DNA from: Saccostrea cucullata
Lineage: Eukaryota
Direction of reading: 5' to 3'
NCBI RefSeq assembly: GCF_032062105.1
Contig: NW_026935811.1
Location: 1 to 64,000, forward strand
Length of the DNA stretch: 64,000 nucleotides
Shown: piece after piece, positions 49,001 through 61,195 of the stretch
Position numbering within the stretch: position 1 is the first letter of the stretch
Layout of the letters: each line of letters starts with the position of its first letter
The notes under the pieces: model-generated
Told to the model about the DNA's origin: nothing
What the model saw: only the letters and a program-made list of their open reading frames with translations
The model's database searches: none
Translations under genes and position numbers: made by a program

Positions 49001-52000
49001 ACTATTCATTTTTAAATACTCTGATATTCTGTAATCAAGACAAAGTTGCTTTTGAAATAAACATACAGGATTATTTTACATAATTATCTTGCAGAATAAT
49101 GTGTTAATCTGATTGGTTTAGAGCATATCTAGGGCAAAGAGACAATTTTTTTGTCTTCCTCATGTGCAAGGTGACAACTGTGCTTTGTGCCCCTTCAGAT
49201 GACATTGAAATACAGCAAGCAAGCACGGTTACAACTGTGTTGTCTCCCTTTAGAAGAAAATAAATGTGGGAGAAAACATATATCTGCAATTGTTAAAACC
49301 AATTTTTAAAACATTTTTTAATTTCTGTTGTAGTTGTAGCTGATGGCTCGTACCAGCTTCTTCCAGCCACCCCAACATCCCCTGATGCTATGACCTCATT
49401 TGAGTCGGTAGAAAACCTGCTGCTGGATCTTACAAACACCAGATCTGGGTCGTGTAGTGGCCCCCCAGAAATGGACCACACCCCTCTCTGTAGAAAGAGG
49501 AGTGCCCCCTCCCTAGACCTTTCCCCTATCCACCCCATCCCTGACCATGAGAAAGTTACGAACTATGAGACAGCGTTTGGTCCAGATAACAGGACTGTGA
49601 CTCGTGTTTATTACAGAAACGGTGTAGCCATGGACTACAGTAACTGTGAGGAGACGGAAGTGTTTGGTCCTATTGAGACTCACTTTGAAAGTTCCGAGCC
49701 TCTACAAGTGCCAAAGTTCACCGAATGTCAGACGTACGACGTCAACTACGCTCGAATCCGCCCCGTCACTCGGAGAAAAAGTGATAGCAGAAAAACTGGT
49801 GAAAAGAAAAGTGAAGCCTACAGGAGGCGGAGTTATGGCCCCTCATCTGTTGGGTTAGTGTCCTCGCCGAGCTGTGGTGACTGCACGGTCCAGCAGTCAT
49901 CTAGGTCATACAATGGATATATCTCTAGTCGATCTTCTTCTCAAGGAGAGGAAGGCGGAGACAATGTACCAACAAGAACGGGATTCCCCCGATCTAAATC
50001 CAGTATCTCGCTCCACGCCTGTGCTCACCAGGATCTCCAGTCTCAACTGTTGGCAGAGTGCCAGCTACAGAGACAGCAGCAAAAAGTTTTTGAGAGTTGT
50101 GAGTCACTTCCTGGACGAAGTCTGAGTTTATCGGACCTGATGCATGCTGGGACGCTTCTGAAATCAAAATTAAAAAAGTCAAACACAGCCACTGGTAGGT
50201 GATTAAAATTGATTTTCCTGTGCATAATATATAACATTGAAAAAGAAAGAGAAATTTTCAGCTTTTTAAATTGTAGGCAAATGAATGACATCAGAATTAT
50301 GATGATCTTCATACGTGTATCTGTTATGGTTATGTTTTTATTAATGCTTCAGTACCTCAACAAAAAAAGTACTGGACAGTATTTTTTGTCATTATTATTT
50401 GATCACTGCAAAAATAGGTACATGTATTAATTTTGGCACTTCTTTTTAATCCCAAACTTCAAAACCAAATACCAAGCTATAAGCAGTGAATTTTTTGAGA
50501 GTCGATTTGCTATAGATGATGTACATGTATATATTGTACAATGAAGATTGACATTACGATGTTTTCATACAGATCTGTGTGAGGGGGATCGAGAGGAGCG
50601 GATTAAAGACGCCTTACAGTACGTCTGTCTGTTACTGCCCCCTGCCAACAGACGGAAGCTCCACCTACTCCTCAAACTGATGAGTCGGATGTCTGATAAC
50701 CCAAAAATAGAACTAGACGTCTGCCAAACCACTAGGGCTCTGGTAGGTGAAGATTGTACAGCAGTGCGTGGTAATACTATTATTACAGTGAATGTGTTAT
50801 GATATTAATCTTCTGGTCCATTGAAAATTACATGTAATGGCATTTGCAAAAAGTTACTGTAAACCAATTACTGTAAAACAACTTTTATTCGCGACTACTT
50901 TATTACGCGATTTACCACGGATAAACTAGTTCGCGACGATTTATTTTCGCGAACAAGCGTTTTTGGATCTGTTGTTAATAGACACATTCACACTAAGGAC
51001 CGGTTCGCGGCGAGAAATATTCGCGATGACGAGGCTCTCGCGAACTTCGCGAAAATTTCTCGCACGCGAATAAAAGTTGGTTTACAGTATTATACGCGTC
51101 ATTTTTTATTCGCGATTGACCGCTAGAGAACTAATCCGCGACGATTAATATCCACGAACGAGTGGTCACATTTTTTTTATTTCCACGAGTATTTTTGAAT
51201 TAAATTGAAATTTTATATTAGCCCATAAACTAGGTAAAATGGTAGCGTGAGGTCTGCTTACGCATTTTTCAAGACATTCTGTGCAATGCGTCCATTTAAT
51301 ATCTTATATCCGCCCCTAAAGTGGGTAAAATGTCTACCATGAGTATACTCAATATACACATTTTCAAAACGCTCAGATGAAAATCGGGGAAAAAAATATA
51401 GGAGATTAAAATTGATTTAAAACTCTCAATTGTTTAAGTGCCTCATACTAATTGGGTAATCGACGCTTTCCAAGATCTACATAGCCAAGGGGCAATTATT
51501 ATAAATGTTGGGACAGAGCAGGACTGGGCCATAATTAGCCGTAATTAACCAGGCTACCACGGATCTCGACTCGTCTGTAACAATAAATGAACAATAATAA
51601 CACAAGCTGAAATGATTATTGACATTTAAATCATTTTTAGATTTGCCATTCGTTTTTATTTTTTCTGAATGTTTGAAATTAAATCTCAACTGACTTCATG
51701 TACAATAACAGTAGAGTACTTCCGTGATTAATTATTGAACCGTCGGAATCGGTATTGAAAAAAAGGGAAATAACTCTAAATAATACATAATATAAGAATA
51801 TAATGAACAACTGGTTCGCGACGATAAATATCCGCGAGCAGAAGATACTTGCGGATATTTATCGCACGCGTATAATACTTGGTTTACAGTAAATACATGT
51901 ATTCATACAGAATTGACAACGGATGATGAAACTTGATCCATGTGCATCCTTGTATTTTCAAAGCTACTTAATGTACAGTTATTTTTTCTTCATTGTACAT

Positions 52001-53690
52001 TAAGAAATAAATAAGTTGATTAAAAAAAATCTGTTTTATTCCTATCCAGGTATTGGAGACCTTTGCTTCCTGTATACTGAGTTGCCATGACGACTCTGAC
52101 CGTGAGGACTCGCTGGTGATGCAGATTGTATCCTTCCTGTCAGATCACTACAATCACATCCTATCTGTTCCAGAGGATCTGACCACGGTCGTACAGGAAA
52201 GACTCAGCGCCAGCACCAAGACTCAGGTAAATAAAACAAAGACCCAGGTACAGTAAACATATTATAGGGATCACTTTGTCTGTCTGTCTGTCCCTGAGGA
52301 TCTGACCACGGTCGTACAGGAGAGACTCAACGCCAGCACAAAGACCCAGGTACTGTAAAACAAATACCCAAGTCCAGTAAATAAAACAAAGACCCAGAAA
52401 CTTTTCTGCAGGTGATGTCTTTTGTACAGGTGTATCTGTTATTTTCTGCAGGTGATGTATTTTGTACAGGTGTATCTGTTATTTTCTGCAGGTGATGTAT
52501 TTTGTACAGGTGTATCTGTTATTTTCTGCAGGTGATGTATTTTGTACAGGTGTATCTGTTATTTTCTGCAGGTGATGTATTTTGTACAGGTGTATCTTTT
52601 ATTTTCTGCAGGTGATGTATTCCTCTGATACCGTGGGTTTGACCTACTGTCACCAGGTGTCAAAGTCTGAGTACGAGACTCAGCGTCTCAGTAACTCACA
52701 ACGAGCCCTCCGAGATCTCCTGGACGAGATCATCAGCGATAGAACCATGTCCTACAAGGACAAGAAAAAGAGACTCAAAATTGTAAGTCTGTAAATCGGT
52801 CAATTATAGGTCTGTCAATGTAAAAATTAGTAACTCTCTTATGTTGTTGTACAAAAATCATGTAAATAGAGAACTAACATGACTAAAAACTTTTAAGACT
52901 AGAATCAAAGTTGTAAAAGCCATAAACATGATAAAAACATAACAGATTGTAAATCATAAGATGTATGTAAAAATGAGGTTGGAAATATCATGATTTTAAG
53001 AAATATTAACCATGTTGAGGTTCAGCTTAAAAAGCACTCAAAAAATTCAATCTAGTAAACTTAAAAAGACAAAACTTGTATTTTAGACTGTAATATGGAC
53101 TTCCATAATACAAATCCCTTAACACACATGTACCCAAAGAAGAACACGTTTTACAAATATTTTGTCCTTGGTAAAAATTCTATAAAGAATTTAGTGAATC
53201 AGGGAGCAAGGATAATCAGATACTAAGAATATTTACACTGAGAGGGTGTCAGTACTCAAAGCTCATTCAAACTACAGTTGTGTGCCAAAAGTGAAGATAA
53301 TTTTATTTTTTAATGTAATGTACAATGCAGGGATGTTGTTTCCAAAGCGCAGTGTTGAGTTTTAGACACATTGGAACATCTTTTGCTTGATAATTTAAAA
53401 GAACTACAAAAACAATTGAGCAAAGTGTTTATCCAATCTTTCAAATACATAATTGTTAGTTACATCTGTATATTTGTTTGTTTTTTTAGTTCCAGAAAAC
53501 TTACCCTGACATATACGCTGAGAGGTTTCCACCCCACAATTCAAAACCAGCTGTTTCACTGAATCAGAAACCAGGAAACACCAAACCGGTGACATCACAG
53601 GACCCCAAGGCGGCGCTACCACCTAAACCTAAACTCAAACAACCATTACTAGTGAAACCACTGCTTAAACTGAAGGGGCTTAGAATCTGA
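46059..53690 (+). CDS. DEPDC1: DEP domain-containing protein 1 (DEP plus RhoGAP-like); 12 exons, complete
   Basis: GPYRATKL-WNEVI...CFTATEAVDW...; LPHWALSAMKCLAHWP; YPGFERDVFRVV; LLLPPANRRKLHLLLKLM; FQKTYPDIYAERFP. Exons: 46059-46121, 46461-46618, 47123-47233, 47410-47625, 47938-48068, 48466-48513, 48854-48991, 49334-50194, 50573-50742, 52050-52226, 52612-52782, 53490-53690 (TGA). DEPDC1A versus 1B cannot be resolved. Confidence 0.92.
50855..51891. mobile_element. Nested TA-TSD MITEs (inner 50871-51087 sits in the left TIR of the outer)
   Basis: Outer CTGTAAACCAAT[TA]TTATACGCG ... CGCGTATAATACTTGGTTTACAG; inner CTGTAAAACAACTTTTATTCGCG ... CGCGAATAAAAGTTGGTTTACAG. Confidence 0.8.
52402..52620 (+). 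repeat. 40-bp tandem array of splice acceptor plus exon start (6 acceptors)
   Basis: Unit TTTTCTGCAG|GTGATGTATTTTGTACAGGTGTATCTGTTA; the last copy is the real DEPDC1 acceptor at 52611/52612. Confidence 0.95.
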
Positions 53691-54573
53691 TTAATTACCA
53701 CCCAAACTTTCAAACAGTAAACCTAATATGATTGGATATTACCAAACCTGTTATATAGTAAACCTGATATGATTGGTTACCCTGTCAAATTGAAATGTAC
53801 AATTACAATACAGCAGATCTAAACTGTTATTACCATTACCTATAACAAAACCATCGCTACTGCTGAAATCACTTATTTTCATAGACTCTGTACCTCAATG
53901 TAGAAAAAAGCCCTTTGTCTTTGCTATCCCATAAAAAGTAGAATTTTTGGAAGCAAACTGATAATTTTGTGGTGGAGAAGTCATTCAAGAAAGTGTATGA
54001 AACACTGATTTATTTTGATTTGCCAACGCAAAATTCCCTGAAGTTTTCTGCTCTAAGATCATTAATGAATTACATGTATGTCATTTTTGAAAAACAAATT
54101 TCTTGACAGAGAACTGCCATTTGATGGTATCCATTATAATTTTGGCAGACTGTAGAAGCACTGCTTACAATTCCTGTTTTTGTACCATCAGCCTTCACCA
54201 ACTGAGATTTTTAATGTATACTTACACTGATTTTATACATATTATTGTACATGTATGTGTAAAATTGTTTTTAGATTTTCTGTACATACAAATACTGCTA
54301 TTCCTGTCCACTGTTAGTGTTGTATTTATTTTTAATCTTTTTTTTGTACCTTTATTTATTTAACTTACTGGTTGGTAAATGAACCTTTCCAAAACACCTT
54401 TGAGGTGACAAAACTTCCAAATATTAATTCCAAGCCTGTCTGTTTTGCATTTGTAATCATTTATGCTGTGTATATTTTTTAACATGGCAATAAAATATTT
54501 TTGTAGTAATGCCGGTATATCAAATTTTAAAGAATACAATATTCTATGACATGGTGTCATAAAATAGGGTCTT

Positions 54574-55151
54574 TTTATGCCCCACTTTGAAGAAGGGAGG
54601 GCATATTGCTTTGCTGCTGTCCGTCGGTCCACTTAGTTTCGTTCATTTTCTTCGCAACCGTTGCACATACTGAGATGAAACTTTGTATACAGATATATCA
54701 CATGAATATCTAGGTCAAGTTTTGTTTTGGGTACGATCCCACCATTTTTGACAGAGTTATGCCCCTTGGACTTAGAAAAATTTCAATTATTTGCAGTTTC
54801 CTTTCATTTTCTTCGCAATGGTTGTACATACTGAAATTAAATTTGGTATACAGAGATATCACATTAGTATCTAGGACAAATTCTGTTTGGGGTAAGAACG
54901 CGCCATTTTTGACAGAGTTATGCCCCTTGGACTTAAGAAAAATTCCAATTATTTGCAGTTTCCCTTCATTTTCTTTGCAACCGTAGCACATACTCAGATG
55001 AAATTTAGTATACAGATTTTTCAGATGAATATCCAAGTCAAGTTCTGTTTTGGGTACAAATGCACCATTTTTGACAGAGTTATGCCCCTTGGACTTTGAA
55101 AAGTTCCAATTTGGGGGAGGGGGGCATAAGTGTTTTACAAACATCTCTTGT
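54574..55151 (+). mobile_element. HINE-type element with three ~162-bp internal repeats
   Basis: TTATGCCCC / GGGGCATAA subterminal IR, short GTCC run, 3' TGTTT-TAC-AAACA hairpin then TCTTGTT. Confidence 0.8.
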
Positions 55152-56490
55152 TTGAATGTGTATTATTTTTTTTTAGAAGTAAAAAAAGATATAACCACTG
55201 TCAGTTATGCCCCCTTTTTCTAATGAGGTCTTATTTCAAATTTTTCAATTTCTAGAATCACTATAATTCTGGTTTTAACAGTTGTCTACAAAGTTTATTT
55301 TTTGTTGGAAGTAAATAAGGGTACATAAAATTTCTCATTGTACATGCTGTATAAATCTAATGTATATAGATACAGCGCCCTAGTAATTTACATGAGGGCC
55401 CCTGTAATATACTAATTTTTAACTCCATATCATCAGATCTACAACTATTGCTATCATTTTATACTGTGTAATATACCTCACTAATGCAGCTTGTGATTGT
55501 AACCTCCATAAAAGTTTAACTTTTGGATATCTTCTGTTTATGACTTTTTGAAAGTATTTTTATTTTCTATATTATTTTTCTTCAGATGTTCTTCCCTCAT
55601 TGTACACATTCTGTGTGTTCAATGCAAATTAATTAAGCTTTTTAACAAGAAATGTTATTTTCAGCATTATCATTATTGCTTAACATTAATTACTCAGTAT
55701 TTGACCTGTTTGCTGTTACTTGTGTCTCGTAATCATGGCTACTAGTCCTAAATAAACTTCTAAGGTGGGACTATTGTTTGAATGACATCAGAAATAAATA
55801 CACCAAAGGTATTCAATTGTCAGTTTTGTGTGTATTTAAAGCAGAATGCCAAAAAAAAAAAAAATTACAAGAAATGTATGTCAAAACACTGTTGCCCCCA
55901 TATGGCAGCTCATGGCAAGAGTTGCATGCATGAAGTTTCTCTTGAGCAAGTCTAACTCCACTAACAAGGTCGAAATGTCAAAATTGTTGGTATTCAAATA
56001 AAGGTTCTGTCATAAGGAATTCACCTGTTAAATATGAATGCCCTACTAGTACTAAATTTTCAAACTAGGCATGTTCGAATACAGGTGGCCAGATATAGCT
56101 CAATGGGCCTTGAAGAACATTTGAAGAATATTTGTGACTTGTTCTAATTATTCCCCATAATTCAGTTTGATTAAAACAATAATGCATATTGCATGGAACA
56201 AAAAATTCATAAAAGCTTTATAAGTGTCTTTTTATGATCAATGGTTATCACCATGTAGAGATGTAATTTATATTGGTGTGCATGATCTCTGTACAGAAAC
56301 ATTTTAATAAAGAAGACAGCATTAATTTAATAAAAATTATTTTTTAAAGAAGTAAAGCAAAAATATTTATTATATGTACCTTCAAATAATTGTAAATAAT
56401 TAAATATTGTTGTTTATAACCATGATAACATCGATCTTCTGCTAAGAATAATATTACGTACGAGCTATCTAATACCGATACGCCGGGAAA

Positions 56491-59400
56491 ATGGCATCGG
56501 TACCACCACTAGGACAAGTAAGTGTATTTTTTGTTGTTTTCTTACAATATTCTTCCATATGTGTTCACTAACTGCTTCGAAATGATGCAAATGTATTTAG
56601 TGTATAAGATAAAACGATTTTGTGGCGCAAGCCAAGACTACACCATCTGGAGACTAGAGAACGCAACTGGCCGTTCTGTGACTTTTCGACATTTTGCATA
56701 GTAAAACCAACACTCTGGTGCATGCTGCATCATTAATGAAGAATAGATATAGCTTTGTATATTTAATATATAAATTAAAAACAAAATTTCTTTATCAGTT
56801 CAAAGTCCTGGTGAAAAGCACAAACTTACAAGTGTGGTGTGTTCTCGATCGGTGTATCATTGCATTGTATGCCAGCTGTTCACTGTAAAGAGATATATTA
56901 CCGTTTTTCTTGTATTCATCAATATTCTTGAGAAAATATATTTACTCCTTAAATCAGAATAAGCGGTACTTCTTTCAATTGATTCTGATTTCGTACATTA
57001 ATATGCTTCATTGTGTAAATATGGTAAAATTGTAGAGCTACCAGTAATTAATTTATATTATCTCAGAATAATGTAGCTGCAGAACTGTAGCTCTCAGAAA
57101 AAAATATTTTGACAGAACGAAGATCTACTACTTGGACCTGTGTTAAAAAAAATGTCGATAAAGTCATCATGATAAATCTGTATGAAAAATACTACAGTGT
57201 TTAGTAGTTTTATTTTTGTGTCAGTGCATCTGTGGGATGTATTTTTTGTTTTGCTCATTTATTCATTTTTTGAAAGGAAACATTGAGCTATTTCAAATGT
57301 ATTACATGTATAAGTGATATATTTGAATTGTTCTTAGATTGCTGGGAGCCACATTGGTGTATACGAAGCTTACTACAAACAGGTAACATTAATGGCTCTC
57401 ACTACACTTACAGTGGGGGGAGTATTTTTTTTCTATAAAATCCTATTTCTATGTTAAAGAATTTTTATATTTACATGATAAATGTATAGTAATAATAGTA
57501 CAAGCAAAGTCATGTTCAAATAAGGATATTGCATCTATTTTTGAAGACATGTATTTATAAATATAAACAAGTACTTCCTTGTGTGATTTTATAATTGTTG
57601 ATGTCTTATTTTAGTCAATGCTTGAAGTATTTTAATTACTATTTCTAGGCTGATCCAAACAACACGGGGAGTATAGGAGCTCTAGATGCTGCCAGCTTCC
57701 TCAAAAAGTCCTCTCTCCCAGACACTGTACTCTCGAAGGTCAGTACGGTAGAACACAAACTGACCACTGGACCAGGTCATGGATCTTGACAAGAACATGT
57801 ACAATAAAGAATTATATGCCTTATCATGTATATAGCATAGGTAGATAACATTTGTCCAGTTTAGTGTTGTTCCACATTTTACTATAATTCAAAGAAACCT
57901 TAAAACAATGTCATCAGATTGGATTATGGTGAGAGCAATTCAACTTTAACAAAAGTCTTTGACCTTGACCTTCCATTCATGCCCATTTTCTAAAAGAAAT
58001 TGCACAAGAACTTTTCATCAAACTTCTTTTTATCTATTTTTATATATGTGTGATTTCTGACCATATTTGACTAATGGTATTTATAGATATGAGATCTCTG
58101 ACCATATCTGTCTGTTTTTAGATATGGGATCTCTGACCATATCTGTCTGTTTTTAGATATGGGATCTCTATGACCATGTCTGACTATTTAAAGATATAGG
58201 ATCTCTGACCGTGTCTAACTATTTTTAGATATGGGATCTCTCTGACCCCTCAGGAAAGGGATACCTGGAAAAGACAGGGTTTTATGTGGCCCTGAAGTTG
58301 GTAGCCCTGGAGCAGAACAAGATAGAGCTCAGCATATCTAAACTGACGGAAATGACGCCAGCACCAAATCTGGTAGGAGAGCATCGGCAAAGTGTTCAGT
58401 ATTACTGAAAGTTCATTAGTGATATTTAAAAAAAATGTTTGTTTAGCAAAACATTTGAACCTGGAACCATACAAAGATTTTGAATAAAAACATTTCAAGA
58501 CAGTTTATTGCATGTATTTTTATTAATTAGTGGGAAAGAGTCATTCCATATAGTTGCTTTAGTAAATGTACCAGTTCTATGCAGGCATTGATTGTTTCCA
58601 AGAGAATTTATTGTATTTTACTAAGACAGGCATTTGCTTAATTTCAATCCTTTTTGTAGTACTTAGCTCAGTTATTTCAGATTACTGGGTAATTCCTATT
58701 TTCTTTGTACAGGGACCAGTGGAGACCCGTACTGAATCTCCCCTGACCACCACCTCTTCCTCCGTGACAGCTCATGTCTCTAACGTGCCGTGGTGCATCA
58801 CTGTGAGTTCTAATGATGCAAAATATAAAAAGTACAGTAATTAACAGTCAATAATAACTAGGCAATTCCCCCTTGTAAATTTATGCATAGATATACTTCA
58901 TGTGTGTTGTTTTTAGGGAAATAAGTAGGGATGCACGATTTTATCGGTATACCGGTATATCACGATTTTTTGTTCCTTGATACGTATCGTGATACGGAGA
59001 CCTATATACTGGTATTTAGGTACATATTATAAAGTCCATAAATTATTTATTTATTTGTACTATCTCTCAAATTACATTTACAGAAAGTCTAAAAATTGTG
59101 GTAAAAGATGAAAAGAAGGGCATCTTACCATCCAAACATAATTAATTATATGTATATTATTGTTTTACAAACAGCGTGACAGTTTGCTGTATAGGGCATG
59201 CTAAAATTTTATAATTATGCTATTTATCATTTTACTCACCGATTGGATGTTTGATTTCAATGGAATCAATAAGACTTTGCATATGAAACATAGAACCCAG
59301 CAATACCACTGACAATACTGACCAATCGTATTGAATGACATGTTTACTAGCAAGCAGGAAACAACAGTTACACCTGGACAGACAAAACAAGTTTTACAAC

Positions 59401-60403
59401 CTCTAATGATTATATTGATAGCTATATAGTACAACAGTAGCAGAGTAGCCTTACTAATTCTGTTTTTTGAATTTTCATATACATAATTATATAAAACCAT
59501 CCGGTCAAATTGTAACAAATATAATACATGCTTTTTTTGAGGACAAAGAACGGGCTTTGACTGACAACGTGTTGCTGGTGAGTACAATTGCAATGTGATT
59601 GGCCAGTATTCTCAGGACATTGTTGTATTCTGAGTTTCATATGCAAATTAGTATTGATTCCATTGAAAAAAAGCATCCAATCGATGAATAAAATGAAAAT
59701 CAGCACACAAAATTTTAGCACGCCCCATAAAGCAAACTGTCACGCTGTTTGTAAAACAATAATAATTTTATATAATGATTATAACTAAGGGAAAAATTGT
59801 CTATCTAGCATATTTTGAGAAAAATAATGAATTTTCATTTAAAATTATGTAAACATTGCTTGAAAAATATTGTGATATTATCGTGATATTCTGGGAAAAA
59901 ATCTTGATATATCAGGATGCGAAATTTTTGGCGATACCCATCCCTAGAAATAATACATAAAACAAGTTGGAATTTATTTTCTTGAATCAAAATTGAATTG
60001 AATTGGAAGAGGACTATCTTAAGTTTTTAGAACTTGTGTCTAGTCCCTTTGACATGATGTCAATAAAATATGTTTAAAAAATTGAATTAACTGTACTCAC
60101 TACTGTGCCAAAATTATATTATAGTTGTTTTGAATGTGTATCCTATCCTAGGATGGTAATTAGCACTTCAAAGGAAAATTATGAATAAGATAAAAGAAAA
60201 AAAATTGCAAAATACTTTGGTACATGTTTGTAGAATATCTTATTAAAACATTTATGTTATAAAGATCTTGCATGTTTTATTTGTTTGATATAATTGTATA
60301 CATGGTTTATTGTTCATAGGATGCTGAAAAGGCCAAGTATGAACCAGTTTATAAAAGCCTGAACCCAGTGAACAATCTACTGTCTGGTGATAAAGTTAAA
60401 CCA
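56491..60403 (+). CDS. EPS15: EPS15/EPS15L1-family EH-domain protein, first 6 exons; 3'-incomplete
   Basis: MASVPPLGQ-IAGSHIGVYEAYYKQ-ADPNNTGSIGALDAASFLKKSSLPDTVLSK-IWDLSDPSGKGYLEKTGFYVALKLVA (EH1), then W...EKAKYEPVYKSLNPVNNLLSGDKVKP (start of EH2). Exons: 56491-56517, 57338-57382, 57649-57738, 58229-58372, 58713-58802, 60320-60403. Confidence 0.9.
58056..58247 (+). repeat. 35-37-bp tandem array of splice acceptor plus exon start (5 acceptors)
   Basis: Unit TTTTTAG|ATATGGGATCTCTGACCATATCTGTCTG; the last copy is the real EPS15 acceptor at 58228/58229. Confidence 0.93.
58926..59946. mobile_element. hAT-type MITE with a nested foldback element (59156-59763)
   Basis: TIR TAGGGATG / CATCCCTA, TSD GAAATAAG / GAAATAAT; inner element has about 180-bp inverted arms starting ATTATTGTTTTACAAACAGCGTGACAGTTTGC. 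Confidence 0.8.
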
Positions 60404-60720
60404 GTAAGTAAAATCAGTAGAACAGCTGAAGTAAAGTTTGAACCAGTTTATAACAGCTTAGTAAAGTATGAACCAGTTTATAAAAGCCTGAACCCAGTGA
60501 ACAATCTACTGTCTGGTGATAAAGTTAAACCAGTAAGTAAAATCAGTTGAACAGCTGAAGTAATGTTTGAACCAGTTTATAACAGCTTAGTAAAGTATGA
60601 ACCAGTTTATAAAAGTCTGAACCCAATGCACAATCTAATGTCATGTGATGAGGTTAGACCAGTAAGTAAAATGCGGGAACCAGTGTTTAACAGCTAAAAT
60701 AAAGTTTGAACCAGTCTATA
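60335..60720 (+). repeat. 129-bp tandem triplication of most of EPS15 exon 6 plus donor
   Basis: Donors CCA|GTAAGT at 60403, 60532 and 60661. Confidence 0.93.
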
Positions 60721-61195
60721 ACATCTACAGTTCAGAAAAAGAGTTTGAACAAGACTATAACAACTAGAAATGAAGTTCAAACCAAATTAAAATAGCTGGA
60801 ATACATGTAAATCCATAATGGATTCTAATAGACAAGTGTAGTAAAAAAAATCAAGGGCTCAGAAAAACAATTTAGTAATAAAAAAGTATCAATTTACTGA
60901 CTGTTTTCTGTTAATTTTGATGAATATTGTTTTTTTTTAATTACAAATATATACATTTGTGGTATCTTTCCATTATATAAACATACAGAGAGAAAATATC
61001 TTCAATTCTGTATGAAGTTTGTCAGAGGTCAGAGGTCAATACGTGACCTAATCACACGGCGCAATAATATCTACCGGTACATGAATTATAAAATGACCTG
61101 CTCTGCTTGCTTTTCATGTATAAAAATGAATAAAATAAGCAAGTAAAATGATAATATTATTTTATTTTAAATGTAAACAAGTATTTCATACAGTT

